Positions 1 through 12,159 of a stretch of 64,000 nucleotides of DNA are shown in pieces; position 1 is the stretch's first letter, and each line of letters opens with the position of its first letter. The notes below the pieces were generated by a model that did not search any database, was not told the DNA's origin, and was given only the letters and a program-made list of their open reading frames with translations. The position numbers and the translations under genes were made by a program. This DNA comes from an uncultured delta proteobacterium (GTDB lineage: Bacteria > Myxococcota > Myxococcia > Myxococcales > Myxococcaceae). The stretch covers positions 160,001 through 224,000 of the forward strand of contig CAVYSY010000039.1 of NCBI GenBank assembly GCA_963771175.1, read 5' to 3'.

Positions 1-1
1 G

Positions 2-475
2 CAGGAGGCGGAGCAGAAGCCCGAGGAGCCCGAGAAGCCCGAGGAGCCCGAGACGGCGTCCGCCACGTCCGAGCCCGCTCCCCCCCAGGACTCCGGCCCC
101 ACGAGAGAGCCGGTAGCCACCACTCCTACGCTGGCGGTGGCCACCCCGGCGGCGCCGCGCTCGAAGACGCTCTCCTACGTCCTGCTGGGCGGAGGAGCGG
201 TGGCGGCGGGTGCCGGGACGTTCCTGGGGCTGTCCGCCCTCTCCTATAATGATGACCGGCTGGCTCTCCGGGCCGACGAGGCCGTGAAGGCGCGCTCCCA
301 GTCGGAGACGCAGCTCGCGGCCGGAGCGGTGCTGGTGCCCGTGGGGCTCGCGGCGCTCGGCACGGGCCTGGTGCTGCTGCTCTCGTCCGAAGACTCCGCG
401 TCCACTCCCTCCTCCACCGTCTCGCTCGCGCCGCTTCCCGGAGGACTCTCCCTCGGCGCCACGGGGCGCTTCTAG
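2..475 (+). CDS. C-terminal part of a myxobacterial TPR/PEGA-type outer-membrane-associated protein (5' truncated by window)
   Basis: Open frame from the window start with EKP/EEP low-complexity repeats, two Gly/Ala-rich hydrophobic segments and a terminal beta-strand ending ...GLSLGATGRF. Confidence 0.55.
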   Translation, partial: QEAEQKPEEPEKPEEPETASATSEPAPPQDSGPTREPVATTPTLAVATPAAPRSKTLSYVLLGGGAVAAGAGTFLGLSALSYNDDRLALRADEAVKARSQSETQLAAGAVLVPVGLAALGTGLVLLLSSEDSASTPSSTVSLAPLPGGLSLGATGRF

Positions 476-499
476 TCGCCGATTCCAGAGGACACGCCG

Positions 500-2902
500 A
501 TGACCTTTCGTCCCATCCACCTGCTGGTGTGCTGTATCGCGGTGAGCGCGGGGTGTGGCCTGCTCCTGGAGGACTTCTCCGGCGTCCTGTGCAACGAGGA
601 CGGGAGCTGCCCCCAGGGCTATTTCTGCAAGGCGGACACCGGGCGCTGCGAGCCCGGACAGGCGCCCGTCCAAGAGGACGCGGGCGTCGTTGAGACGCCA
701 GACGCGGGCGTGTGCGCCAGCGTGTCGGCCTGTGTCGCGGATGATGGCTGCTGCCCGAGCGGCTGCCATGCGAACAACGACCCCGAGTGCTCGCCCGTGT
801 GCGGCAACGGCCAGGTGGAGGCAATGGGCGACGAGGTCTGCGACGACGGCAACACGCTCAACGGGGACAACTGCGATCCCACCTGCCGCTACTTCAATGG
901 CGTGGCGCTGGTGTCCGGAGAGCCGGGCTCGCGCGGCTTCGCGGACGGGCCGCGTGGAAACGTCGCCCGCTTCCAGAGCCCGGGCCAGCTCACCACGGGC
1001 GAGGGCGCGGTCTTCCTGGCGGACTTCGACAGCGCCACGGTCCGCCGCATCCAGCTCTCGGACGGCACCATCACCACCGTCGCGGGCGTTCCCTTCGAGA
1101 AGGAGCTCAACGACGGACCCGTGGCCGCGGCGCGCTTCGTCCAGCCCGAGGACGCGGTGTACCTCGACGGGGTGCTCTACCTGCGCGACCGCATGCCGTC
1201 GAGTGACGGTGGCACACCTGGCCAACTCCTGCGCCGCATCACGCTCGATGGGGGGCTGGTGGAGACGGTGGATGCAGGCATGGACTTCACCAACCTCCGC
1301 GCTCTGGGCCGGGACACCCAGGCGCTGCTCTTGATCGACGACAACGGCCTGCGCCGGTGGACGCCTTCCTCGGGCGCGGTGGAGACGCTGGCCACCAACA
1401 CCCAGCTCACGGCCCTCGCCGGCTCGAGCCTGTGCGAGGGCGTGACGGCCTCCCAGTTCGGGACCTACCCCTACTATGTCGCCTGCCGCAGGACGCTGCT
1501 GCGAGTGCCCTCGGCGGGCACGGTCGAACTCCACGCCGGGAGCTCCACCACCTCTGGCTGCTCGGACGCGGACGGCGGCACGGCGGCGGCCTCCTTCGTG
1601 CGTGCGCGCAGCCTCGCCTGGGGGGCCTCCCGCCCGAGCCTCACCTTCCCGCTCACCTATCAGCTCATCGTCGCCGATCCTGGCTGCCAGACCCTCCGGA
1701 CCATCTCGAGTTCGGGCACAGCGATCTCCACCTACGCCGGGAGTCCCTACGCCATCGGGGCCATCGACGCGACGGATCGGCTCTCCGCCCGCTTCAACCA
1801 GCCCTCCTCCGTGGCGGCCATCTCCGCCGGCCTCAAGAGTCCGCCGACGCTCTACGTCTCGGACACCAACAACGGAACGGTGCGCGGCATGCAGACCGGC
1901 GTGAGCACCGTGGCGGGTGCGGTCGCCAGCACCTCCGTCTCCTATGGAGACGCGGGGACGGACAGCCTCTACGTCCAGGTGAACGACGTCGCCGTCGATG
2001 GGGATGCCGGGGTCGCCTACGCGACCTCTCAATACATCGCTGGAGGCAAGACCGGGCGCGTGCTCCGGCTCTCGCTGGACACGGGGGCTTCCGAGGAGCT
2101 GATGACGTTCTCCCCCCAGAAGCCCACGGCCCTCGCGGTGCTCGACGGCACGCTCTACGTGGCGATGGCCGATGGCACCATCCACCGCTTCACCCCGGGC
2201 GCCGCCGCGACGGAGCTCTACGCGGGCCAGGCCGGGCAGACGGCTCCGGCGGTGGATGGTGATCGCGGGACGGCGATCCTCTCCGCCTCGGCCCTGCTCT
2301 CGCATGGGGGGGCCCTCTTCTTCGTCGACGACAAAGCGCGGAGCATCCGCAAGCTCGATCCAACGACGGGCTTCGTGACGACGCTCGCGGGCAGCACGAG
2401 CACCGAGGGTGGCTCACCCGGCATCGTCGATGGGACTGGCCGCGCCGCGGGGTTCGACTCCCCGAGGGACCTCGCCTCCGACGGCACGCACCTCTACACC
2501 CTCGATGGCAACGGCTCCGTAGTGCGGCGGATCTCCCTCCCCCTCGGCGAGGTCACCACGCTGGCCGGGCAGCCCCTCTCCCTGGGTGCGCTGGACGGCG
2601 TCGGGTCCGCGGCCCGGTTCGCGGGAGCTCGGGGGCTGACCTCGGATGGGCGCTCCCTGTTCATCGCGGATCCCGGCGGCGGTCCGACCGTCTCGGACCT
2701 CTCGGGGCCGACGATCCGCGCGTTGGATCTCCGGACGTCCGCCGTCACCACCATGGTCGGTACGCGCGGGCAGTGGACCGCCATGGCGGGCACGGGAAGC
2801 GGCGCGAGGGTCAATGCCCCGGGGCCCATGGCCTTCGATCCGGTCCGCCAGTGGATCGTGTTCTACGACGATCGGGAGAACGTCTTCCTGCGCATCCGCT
2901 GA
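500..2902 (+). CDS. Lipoprotein with Myxococcus cysteine-rich repeat and NHL-repeat beta-propellers
   Basis: Lipobox-like SAGC; CGNGQVEAMGDEVCDDGNTLNGDNCDPTC motif; repeated DG..xxARF.xP / VTTLAG NHL motifs; recurring DAG/DGG tripeptides. Confidence 0.85.
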   Translation: MTFRPIHLLVCCIAVSAGCGLLLEDFSGVLCNEDGSCPQGYFCKADTGRCEPGQAPVQEDAGVVETPDAGVCASVSACVADDGCCPSGCHANNDPECSPVCGNGQVEAMGDEVCDDGNTLNGDNCDPTCRYFNGVALVSGEPGSRGFADGPRGNVARFQSPGQLTTGEGAVFLADFDSATVRRIQLSDGTITTVAGVPFEKELNDGPVAAARFVQPEDAVYLDGVLYLRDRMPSSDGGTPGQLLRRITLDGGLVETVDAGMDFTNLRALGRDTQALLLIDDNGLRRWTPSSGAVETLATNTQLTALAGSSLCEGVTASQFGTYPYYVACRRTLLRVPSAGTVELHAGSSTTSGCSDADGGTAAASFVRARSLAWGASRPSLTFPLTYQLIVADPGCQTLRTISSSGTAISTYAGSPYAIGAIDATDRLSARFNQPSSVAAISAGLKSPPTLYVSDTNNGTVRGMQTGVSTVAGAVASTSVSYGDAGTDSLYVQVNDVAVDGDAGVAYATSQYIAGGKTGRVLRLSLDTGASEELMTFSPQKPTALAVLDGTLYVAMADGTIHRFTPGAAATELYAGQAGQTAPAVDGDRGTAILSASALLSHGGALFFVDDKARSIRKLDPTTGFVTTLAGSTSTEGGSPGIVDGTGRAAGFDSPRDLASDGTHLYTLDGNGSVVRRISLPLGEVTTLAGQPLSLGALDGVGSAARFAGARGLTSDGRSLFIADPGGGPTVSDLSGPTIRALDLRTSAVTTMVGTRGQWTAMAGTGSGARVNAPGPMAFDPVRQWIVFYDDRENVFLRIR

Positions 2903-2966
2903 GAGGGCCCAAGCGGTGCGCCGAGGGGTTGCAGTGGCCCTCACCTACTCACAAGGAGGAGTCCAG

Positions 2967-3998
2967 ATGAAAGCCCTTCGAGCCGCCGTCCTCTCGCTGT
3001 GCGCCCTGTGGGCCCCCGCCGTCCTGGCGGAGCCCACCGGCGTGTGGATGAAGGACACCCCGAGCGACACCGGCCTGGAGCCGGATCCCGCCACCGCCAG
3101 CCAGCCCATGTGGCAGAGCGAGTACATCTGGGTGCGCAACGCGACTGACGGCTTCGCGAATGAGCACATGCACCAGAACCCGATCTTCGGCCAGACGAAC
3201 TACGTCTACGTGAAGCTGCTCGGGGACGAGGTGACCACCGTCGATGGGGAGCTGGAGCTGTACTGGGCCAATGCCTCGACGGGGCTGGACTGGCCGACGC
3301 AGTGGAACCTGATCGACACGGTGCCGGTCTCGGTCCTCTTCACGCAGGTGGTGGAGGTGGCCTGGGAGCCGCCCGGCGTGGGGCATTACTGCATGGTGGC
3401 GCGCTTCACGTCGTCGCAGGACCCGACCCAGCAGGACACGCTGACGAACATCGACACCTATACCCGCGTCAACAACAACGTCGTCTGGCGCAACCTCAAC
3501 ATCATCGACCAGAGCGAGGGCCTGAAGTCCCAGGCCTCGTTCATCGTCCGCAACATCGACAAGGAGCTCGACAGGGTGAACCTGGTGTTCCGGACGCCCG
3601 AGCAGCAGAAGCCCTACGTCCGGGAGCAGGGCCGGGTGTTCGTCCGACTGGACGAGGAGCTGTTCAAGCGCTGGATGGAGACGGGCGCGGAGGCCAAGGG
3701 GGTGGAGCACGTCGAGGAGGGGGTGCTGGAGGTGGTGGACCCGCTCCGGGCCGAGCTGTTCGGGCTGCCGATACAGCCCTGGGAGGAGTTCAAGGTCGAG
3801 CTCGTCTTCGAGCGCCACGAGAAGGCGGAGCCGGGCGTCTTCCAGTTCGACGCGGTCCAATACCGCAAGGACGGGGAGGAGACGGGCGGCGTGGGCTATC
3901 AGATCCGCACCATCCCCGAGGAGAAGCTGCCCCCGGTGGATCCGAAGGCCACCCGGGAGAAGGCCCGCCTCCAGAAGACCGCCGTGCCGAAGCGCTGA
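2967..3998 (+). CDS. Secreted hypothetical protein (Ig-like domain usually seen appended to peptidases)
   Basis: RBS AAGGAGGA before ATG 2967; signal peptide MKALRAAVLSLCALWAPAVLA; WMKDTPSDTGLEP...IWVRN...HQNP..GQTNYVYV motif. Confidence 0.75.
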   Translation: MKALRAAVLSLCALWAPAVLAEPTGVWMKDTPSDTGLEPDPATASQPMWQSEYIWVRNATDGFANEHMHQNPIFGQTNYVYVKLLGDEVTTVDGELELYWANASTGLDWPTQWNLIDTVPVSVLFTQVVEVAWEPPGVGHYCMVARFTSSQDPTQQDTLTNIDTYTRVNNNVVWRNLNIIDQSEGLKSQASFIVRNIDKELDRVNLVFRTPEQQKPYVREQGRVFVRLDEELFKRWMETGAEAKGVEHVEEGVLEVVDPLRAELFGLPIQPWEEFKVELVFERHEKAEPGVFQFDAVQYRKDGEETGGVGYQIRTIPEEKLPPVDPKATREKARLQKTAVPKR

Positions 3999-4067
3999 GC
4001 AGGCTTCGCAGCGCGCTCCGGGCGGGGTACGGTACGATCGGACCTCCGAGGTCACCCCCCTCCCGAA

Positions 4068-4810
4068 ATGAACATCCTCGCCTCCTTCGGAGCCCCCGTC
4101 CTGATGCTCGCGCGCACCGTGCGAGCGAGCGCGCGTGACGGCCTGTCCTGGCGCGAGTGCCTGCGACAGCTCCACGAGCTGGGCGGGCGCAGCGTGTGGC
4201 TGGTGACGTCGGGCATGGCGTTCTTCGGGGCGGTGATGGTGACGATCGCCGACAGCCAGGCGCGCAAGCTCACGGGAAACCTGCCGGTGGTGGGCCCGCC
4301 CTACTTCGAGCTGATGGTGCGCGAGTTCGGCCCGGTGGTGTCCGCGCTGCTGGCGGCGGCGCGCGGAGGGGCCAGCCACAGTGCCGAGCTGTCCACCATG
4401 AGCGTCAACGAGCAGGTGGAGGCGCTGGAGATGTCGGCGGGGATCCGTACGCGGACCTCGTGGCGCCGAGGGTGGTGGCGGGGCTGGTGGGAGTGCCGCT
4501 GCTGTGCGTGCTCGGGACGATGGCGGCGGCGCTGTCGGCGGTGGCGACGGCGACGTGGGCCTTCGGAACGGACGGGACGGCCTTCATCGACGCGCGGTTC
4601 GTGGACGGGTGGGACGTGGCGGCCGGGCTGGTGAAGGCGGCGGGCTGCGGCATCTACATCCCCCTGGCGGCGGCGGTGGAGGGACTGTCCGCGCGCGGAG
4701 GCGCCGAGGCGGTGGGCGAGGCCACCACGCGCGGGGTGGTGGCGGCGTGCCTCGGCTGCCTGCTGATCGATTTCGTGGTGGCACTCGGCTTCCAGGCGCT
4801 GCGGGTGTGA
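4068..4810 (+). CDS. mlaE: MlaE-family ABC permease (one frameshift near 4440)
   Basis: VREFGPVVSALL..AELSTMSVNEQVEALE continues in another frame as DPYADLVAPRV...GGAEAVGEATTRGVV. Confidence 0.85.
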
Positions 4811-5544
4811 ACGTGACGGGCACGCTGCGCTTCTCGGAGGTGTCCGTGACATTCGAGTCCGGCCGGCGGGTGCTGGCGGGGCTGAGCGCGGAGCTGTCCA
4901 CGCGCGAGCTGACCTTCGTGGCCGGAGCGAGCGGCGCGGGCAAGAGCGTGCTGTGCCGGCTGGCGGTGGGGCTGCTGCGGCCGGATGCGGGTCGGGTGGA
5001 GCTGCTCGGCGAACGGGTGGACACGCGGCCCGAGCGCGCCCTGCGAGCCCTGCGTCGGCGGGCACCGTACCTCGTGCAGGGCCCGGCGCTGCTGGACTGG
5101 CGAACGCTGCGGGAGAACGTGGCGATGGCGGCCCCCGGTGTGTCTCGGGCGGCGGTGGAAGATGCGCTGGGGCTGGTGGGGTTGGAGGCAGCGGGAGATC
5201 GACTGCCCACCGAGCTGGGGCCCGGGGCGAAGAAGCGGGCGGCGATCGCTCGGGCGCTGGTGCTGCAACCGGAGTACCTGCTGCTGGACGAGCCCACCAC
5301 GGGACTGGACCGGAGGGCGGCGGCGCAGGTGGAGGAGGTGCTGGCCTCGGTGAAGGCGCGAGGGCTGGGAGCGCTGGTGGTATCCCACGACTACCGGCTG
5401 CTGCGCACGCTGGCGGATCGGGTGCTGGTGGTGGGAGGGGGGCGATGCGCCTTCCTGGGCACGCCCGAGGAGTTCCTGGCATCTTCTGAACCGGAGTTGC
5501 GCGCCCTGACGGCGCCCTTCCTGGAGGCAGCATCGGATGGATGA
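4807..5544 (+). CDS. mlaF: MlaF-like ABC ATP-binding protein
   Basis: GTGA overlap with the mlaE stop; Walker A GASGAGKS; Walker B LLLDEPTTGLD; VVSHD; signature degenerate (LGPGAKK). Confidence 0.85.
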   Translation: MNVTGTLRFSEVSVTFESGRRVLAGLSAELSTRELTFVAGASGAGKSVLCRLAVGLLRPDAGRVELLGERVDTRPERALRALRRRAPYLVQGPALLDWRTLRENVAMAAPGVSRAAVEDALGLVGLEAAGDRLPTELGPGAKKRAAIARALVLQPEYLLLDEPTTGLDRRAAAQVEEVLASVKARGLGALVVSHDYRLLRTLADRVLVVGGGRCAFLGTPEEFLASSEPELRALTAPFLEAASDG

Positions 5545-6551
5545 GCGTCGCTTGGAGATGAAGGTGGGCGCGCTGGTGCTGGCGGCGGTGCTGGGCGTGC
5601 TCGGACTGCTGTGGCTGATGGGCGAGCTGACGACGGGCGGCGAGACGGTGCTCACGGTGGACTTCAGTCACACGGGCAACGTGATGAAGGGCGCGCCGGT
5701 GAAGCTGGGCGGCGTGGTGGTGGGCCGGGTGGAGGACATTGGCCTGCAGCCGGATCGCCGGGACGCAGCAGGGACGGCCACTGCCGGTGCGGATGGGGCT
5801 GTCGGTGCGGCCCGAGGCGCTGGCGGCACTGCGCTCGGACGCGCGGGTGACGGTGGGGACGGTGGGCCCGCTGGGCGAGCCCTACCTGGAGCTGAACCCG
5901 GGCTCCGCGTCCGCGTCTCCCCTGCCCTCCGGGTCTGCCCTGCGAGGCACGGACGCACCGCGATTGGATCTGGTGGCCCAGCAGCTCTCGGCCTTCCTGG
6001 ACGTGGCGAGCGGCGCGCTCGCGGAGGATCCGGAGGGGCTCCAGAAGCTGGCGGCCAACGTGTCGAGGCTGACGAGCACGCTGGACGGCGTGCTGAACGA
6101 GAACCGGGGCGACCTGAAGACACTGGCGGGCGAGCTGTCCGCGGCGGCGAAGGACATGCGCATGCTGGCGAAGCTCGCACGGGAGACGATGCAGGCCGGC
6201 GGCACGGGGGCTCAACTGCTGGGAGACGCGGCGGAGACGGTGGCGCTGATGAAGCGCGAGCTGCCCGGCATCTCCGGCTCGGCGGGGAAGACGCTCAACG
6301 GGCTCGCGATGATGACGGGCGGGCTCGACGAGAAGGACGGCGTGAAGCTGAAGCAGGCGCTGGAGCGCTACACGGCCGCGGGCGAGAAGCTCGATCAGAT
6401 CGCCGCGAAGGCGGATCGGCTGCTCACCCGCATCGAGGCCGGCGAGGGCACGGTGGGCGCACTGCAGAAGGACAAGCAGGTCTACGAAGACCTGCGGTCC
6501 CTGCTGTCAGACCTGCGCAAGCACCCGTGGAAGGTACTCTGGAAGGAGTGA
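5537..6551 (+). CDS. mlaD: MlaD/MCE-family protein (frameshift near 5770)
   Basis: N-terminal TM; GAPVKLGGVVVGRVEDI MCE motif; continues as TVGPLGEPYLELNPG...GEGTVGAL...DLRKHPWK. Confidence 0.85.
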
Positions 6552-6579
6552 CGCCTCACGCGGCCAGGCTACCGCGGTC

Positions 6580-7640
6580 TCACTGCCCGCCGTTCGCCGA
6601 GCTCGCGTTCTGCGAGTTCTTGCCCACCGCGTACTGCGTGAGGATCTGGTTCATGTCCATCGTCTGCAGCGTGGCTCCGTTGCGACCGCTGGGCATGAAG
6701 ATGATCTGCTTGCCCTGCAGCGCCTCGGCGATGCGCAGCTTCACCATCGTCCGGCCGCCCGCGCCGGCCAGCGCCTCGTTCTCCTTGGCGATGCCCTTCG
6801 ACCGGGCCTCGGCCTCCTTGAGGATCGCCGTCGCCTCGTTGGTGGCGCGCACCAGCTCCGCGTCCGCCGTCAGCTTCGCCTGCTCGAGCTGACCCGTCGC
6901 CTCGGCGATCTTCTGCGACACCGTGCCCTTGGCCGACTCCAGGTTGCGCTTGGCCTCCTCCGCCGCCGCCTGCGCCTCCGAGTGCAGCTTCTCCGCCGTC
7001 TGCTCCGCCAGCTTCTTCTCCCGGATGACCTTCTCGTACTCGGGGTTGAAGCGGTGCTCCTGGAGGATCACCTGCTCCACGATGACGCCCTCGGGCGCGA
7101 GCGCCCCGTCCAGCAGCTTGCGCGCGCTCTCGGCCGCCGCGAAGCGCTTGTCCGCCGTGTAGAAGTCCTCCGAGCGCAGCACGTTCAGCGCGTCACGCAC
7201 CAGGGCCCGTGTCGCCGGCCGCACCAGCCGGTCCTCCACGTCCTGCGTCGGAGCGCGCCACCTTCTGCACCAGATGCGGCGCCTTCGCCGGATCGATCCG
7301 CCACGCCACCGTCACGTCCACCGCGATGTCGTTGCCGTCCACCGTCTTGAACTCGATGTCGTCCGTGCGGCCCTTCTCCTCCTCGCTCCGCGTCTGCATC
7401 CGCAGGTTCTGCAGCTTCGTCTCGAAGGTGTTCCAGTCCGTGGAGAACGGCGGGAAGAAGAAGTACGTCGCGCCCGGTGCGTACGTCTCCTCCTGCACGC
7501 CCCGCGAGCCCATCAGCGTGAACTTCCGCGTGAGCACGCCCACCTCGTTGGCGTCCGTCGAGTGGCACGCGCACCCCTGCGACCACCGGCAGCGCCAGCA
7601 CCACGAACAGCCCCAGCATCCGCAAGTCCATGCGCTTCAT
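6580..7640 (-). CDS. SPFH/band-7 domain protein (frameshifts near 7580 and 7240)
   Basis: NEVGVLT...YAPG, FKTVDGNDIAVDVTVAWRID, coiled-coil AEA repeats. Confidence 0.75.
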
Positions 7641-7645
7641 GTGCC

Positions 7646-8704
7646 TCACATGCCCCTTCACGTCGAAGCGCTTGAGCGCCGCGTTGAGATCCAACGGGTT
7701 CACGCCGCCCTCGCCGTCCGTGGGCACCACGATGAGCTGCGTTCCGCCCAGCACGTCCGCCATCTTCAGCCCCACCATGTTCTCGCTGCCCGCGCCTCGC
7801 AGCGCCGCGTTCTCCAGCTCGATCCCCTTGGCCCTGGCCAGCTTCACCACCAGCTCGCCCTCGGCGGCCTTGGTGCGCCGGTAGAGCTCCGCTCCCGAGC
7901 GCAGCTTCGCCACCTCCGCGTCACCGCGCGCCAGCTCCACCTGCACCGTGGCCTTTCCCTCGGCGACGATCCGGTTCTTCTCCGCCTCGGCCTGCGCCGC
8001 CGCGGCCTCCGCCTGGTTCTTGAAGACCGTCTGGTCCTGGATCTTCCGCTGCTCGATGGCCCCCTGGTAGCGCTGAGTCGTACCGGTACTGGCGCAGCAG
8101 CACGTGCGTCACCTTGATCCCCTTGGGCTCCAGCTCCGTGACCAGCAGCTTCTGCGCCTGTGCCATGGCCTTGTCGCGCTGGTCTCCCTTGTAGAAGTCG
8201 TCCGCGTCCAGCTCGCCCAGCGTGCGCCGCAGCACCTGCTCGCCGCGGGGAATCACCGCCGAGTCCTCGTACAGCCGCCCCGGGCCGATCTGCGTGATCA
8301 CCTGGTACGGGTTCTCGATGCGGTAGAGCACCGTGACGTCCGACCGAGACCGTGTAGCCCTCGGACGTCTGGATCTTGATGGCCCGCACCACGCGGTGGT
8401 CCGCGCCCTCGCCCACATCGGCCGCGTTGTCCGCCATCTCCAGCACCTGGAGATCCGTGGGGAACAGGTGCATCCGCTCCGCCCCCGGCGTCACCCAGTG
8501 CAGGCCCGGTCCGTACACCTTCTCGCGGATGCCCTTCTCGCCGCCGAGAATGACCTGCTTCACTCCCATCTCGTACGGCCGCACGTAGACGGTGCACACG
8601 TTGTAGAGAAAGAGAATCCCGAACAGCACCACGACCAGGGGCCACAGCACCCGGGCCCGGGGCTGTTTCAGGACCTGGAGTACTCGCCCTCCCGCCTTGT
8701 TCAT
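7646..8704 (-). CDS. SPFH/band-7 domain protein (frameshifts near 8340 and 8070; 3' end uncertain)
   Basis: TM then YVRPYEMGVK...YGPGLHW, IQTSEGYTV/DVTVLYRI, LEPKGIKVTHVLLR, C-terminal AEA-rich helix. Confidence 0.75.
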
Positions 8705-9378
8705 GTCTTCTCCTTGGTACTGGACTCATTCCGCGCCGGAGACTCCGGCTCGGAGATACGCTCGGGGACCGGCGGGACGGACTCGTCCAGCGGCCGGTAG
8801 GCCTCGAGCTGCTGCTGCTCCACGCCCATGTCCCGCACGAGCGTGGCGAGCTGCCGTCGATAGCGGCGCTCGAAGAAGGACTCCTGCATGTCCGGCAGGA
8901 AGGGCCCGAAGAGGATGAGCGCGAAGGGCAGCGGCTCGATCCAGTCCGGCACCCGCGTGAGGGCCACCACCACCGCGGTCAGGAGCCCCACTCCCGTGTA
9001 CACGCCGCGCGAGACCAGATCTCCCCCGCGCCACAGGTCGTACTTGCGCCGCTGCAGCGCGTGGTACTCGCGGGCCAGTTGGAAGTAGCGCGGCAGCGCC
9101 ACGGTGAAGACGCTGCGCTCCAGGCGCTCCCAGTAGCCGGGATCCTCGGCCACCTCGGCGAAGCGCCGGGACACGTCGGCCAGTGCCAACCTCGCCTCGG
9201 CGGTGAGCTGCGCCTCCACCTCTCCGTCCCACTCTCCGAAACCGGGCCGGCGCCGCTCGAGCCAGGCCAGCACGTGCTCGGTCACCTGGGGCAACCGGAA
9301 ACTCTCGGGATACACGACGCGGGTTCCCCTTCGGGCCAATGGATCAGCCCTCCCCTCCGAGTCTTCCATGTGGGCCAT
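8701..9378 (-). CDS. Hypothetical membrane protein, two TM helices, coupled to the SPFH pair
   Basis: GC3-biased ORF; stop overlaps the SPFH start (ATGA). Confidence 0.7.
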   Translation of the reverse strand: MAHMEDSEGRADPLARRGTRVVYPESFRLPQVTEHVLAWLERRRPGFGEWDGEVEAQLTAEARLALADVSRRFAEVAEDPGYWERLERSVFTVALPRYFQLAREYHALQRRKYDLWRGGDLVSRGVYTGVGLLTAVVVALTRVPDWIEPLPFALILFGPFLPDMQESFFERRYRRQLATLVRDMGVEQQQLEAYRPLDESVPPVPERISEPESPARNESSTKEKT

Positions 9379-9516
9379 GTCCACACAATGCCCGGCCGCC
9401 CCGCTCGGGCTCAGGCGATCCGGATCGGAGCGGGCGCTCCATCCCAGGTGCGCCGGAATGGAGCAGCCGACCTCCGCTACTGCCAGGGATTCCCAGCAAA
9501 TCCAGCCATTTGACGT

Positions 9517-9532
9517 TGGCAGCATCCTTGCT
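9517..9532 (+). promoter_or_regulatory. Sigma54 -24/-12 promoter
   Basis: TGGCAG-CATCC-TTGCT, near the consensus TGGCAC-N5-TTGCW, about 60 bp upstream of the MBL hydrolase/EBP operon. Confidence 0.7.
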
Positions 9533-9593
9533 CTGTCCCGGAGACGTGAGCGCGGCTGGATCAGGCCGCCACGGTTTTCGAGGAGGAGCAGCC

Positions 9594-10442
9594 ATGGAAG
9601 TGCGTTTCTACGGAGTGAGGGGGAGCATCGCGGTGTCGGGGGCGCACGCGGCGCGGATCGGTGGCAACACCTCGTGCCTGGAGGTGACGAGCCAGGGGCA
9701 CCGGCTCATCCTGGACGCCGGCACGGGCATCCGGGCGCTGGGCGAGGCGATGATGCGGGAGAGCGGGCCGCAGAAGGCCAGCATCTTCTTCTCGCACCTG
9801 CACTGGGACCACGTGCAGGGCTACCCCTTCTTCACCCCGGGCTACCTGCCCAACACGGAGCTGACGCTGTACGGCCCGGGGCCGGGCGGGGCGCGGGAGC
9901 TGGAGTCGGTGCTGGCGCGGCAGATGGAGCCGCCCCACTTCCCGGTGCCGCTGTCCACCATGCGCTCGCGGATGACGTTCGACTCGGCGCTGCACGGGCG
10001 GACGGTGGAGGTGGGGCCCTTCAAGGTGACGCCCTTCGACGCACCGCATCCCCAGGGGTGCCTGGCCTACCGGGTGGAGGCGGACGGCCACGTCTTCGTC
10101 TACGCCACGGACATGGAAATCTCCCTGGCCACGCTCGACCCGCGGTTGGCGCGGTGGATGGAGGGCGCGGACGCGCTGTGCCTGGACGCGCAGTACACCC
10201 CGGACGAGTACGCCGGGAAGAAGGGCATCCCGAAGAAGGGATGGGGGCACTCCACCATGGTGGACGCCGCCCAGGTGGCCTCGGCGGTGAACGCGCGCCG
10301 GCTGTTCCTGTTCCACCATGACCCGGCGCACAACGACGACATGGTGGAGAACATGGCCGAGGAGGCCCGCAACCACTTCGCCGCCACCGAGCCGGCGCGC
10401 GAGGGCAAGCGGATCCTCCTCGGGACGGCGATCTGCGCGTGA
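9594..10442 (+). CDS. MBL-fold metallo-hydrolase (possible phosphodiesterase)
   Basis: RBS GAGGAGG; FYGVRGS, GGNTSC, LDAGTG, HLHWDH, GWGHS, FHHDP motifs. Confidence 0.9.
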   Translation: MEVRFYGVRGSIAVSGAHAARIGGNTSCLEVTSQGHRLILDAGTGIRALGEAMMRESGPQKASIFFSHLHWDHVQGYPFFTPGYLPNTELTLYGPGPGGARELESVLARQMEPPHFPVPLSTMRSRMTFDSALHGRTVEVGPFKVTPFDAPHPQGCLAYRVEADGHVFVYATDMEISLATLDPRLARWMEGADALCLDAQYTPDEYAGKKGIPKKGWGHSTMVDAAQVASAVNARRLFLFHHDPAHNDDMVENMAEEARNHFAATEPAREGKRILLGTAICA

Positions 10443-10455
10443 GGAGGAGGGGCAC

Positions 10456-12027
<1,572 letters not shown>

Positions 12028-12159
12028 CCCCCCTCATCGCAGCACGGCCCCCGCCTTGCGCACACAGCGTTTTCTTCGCGAGAAGCGGCCTAAGCCCGTC
12101 TCCCGGTGAATGGGAAGCCTTACAATGGGTGAAACGCCTGGGTGCGTAAGGAGAAAACC

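Noticed and set aside
11..55. 9-bp GAG(A/G)AGCCC repeats
   Set aside because: Encode a Glu/Lys/Pro linker
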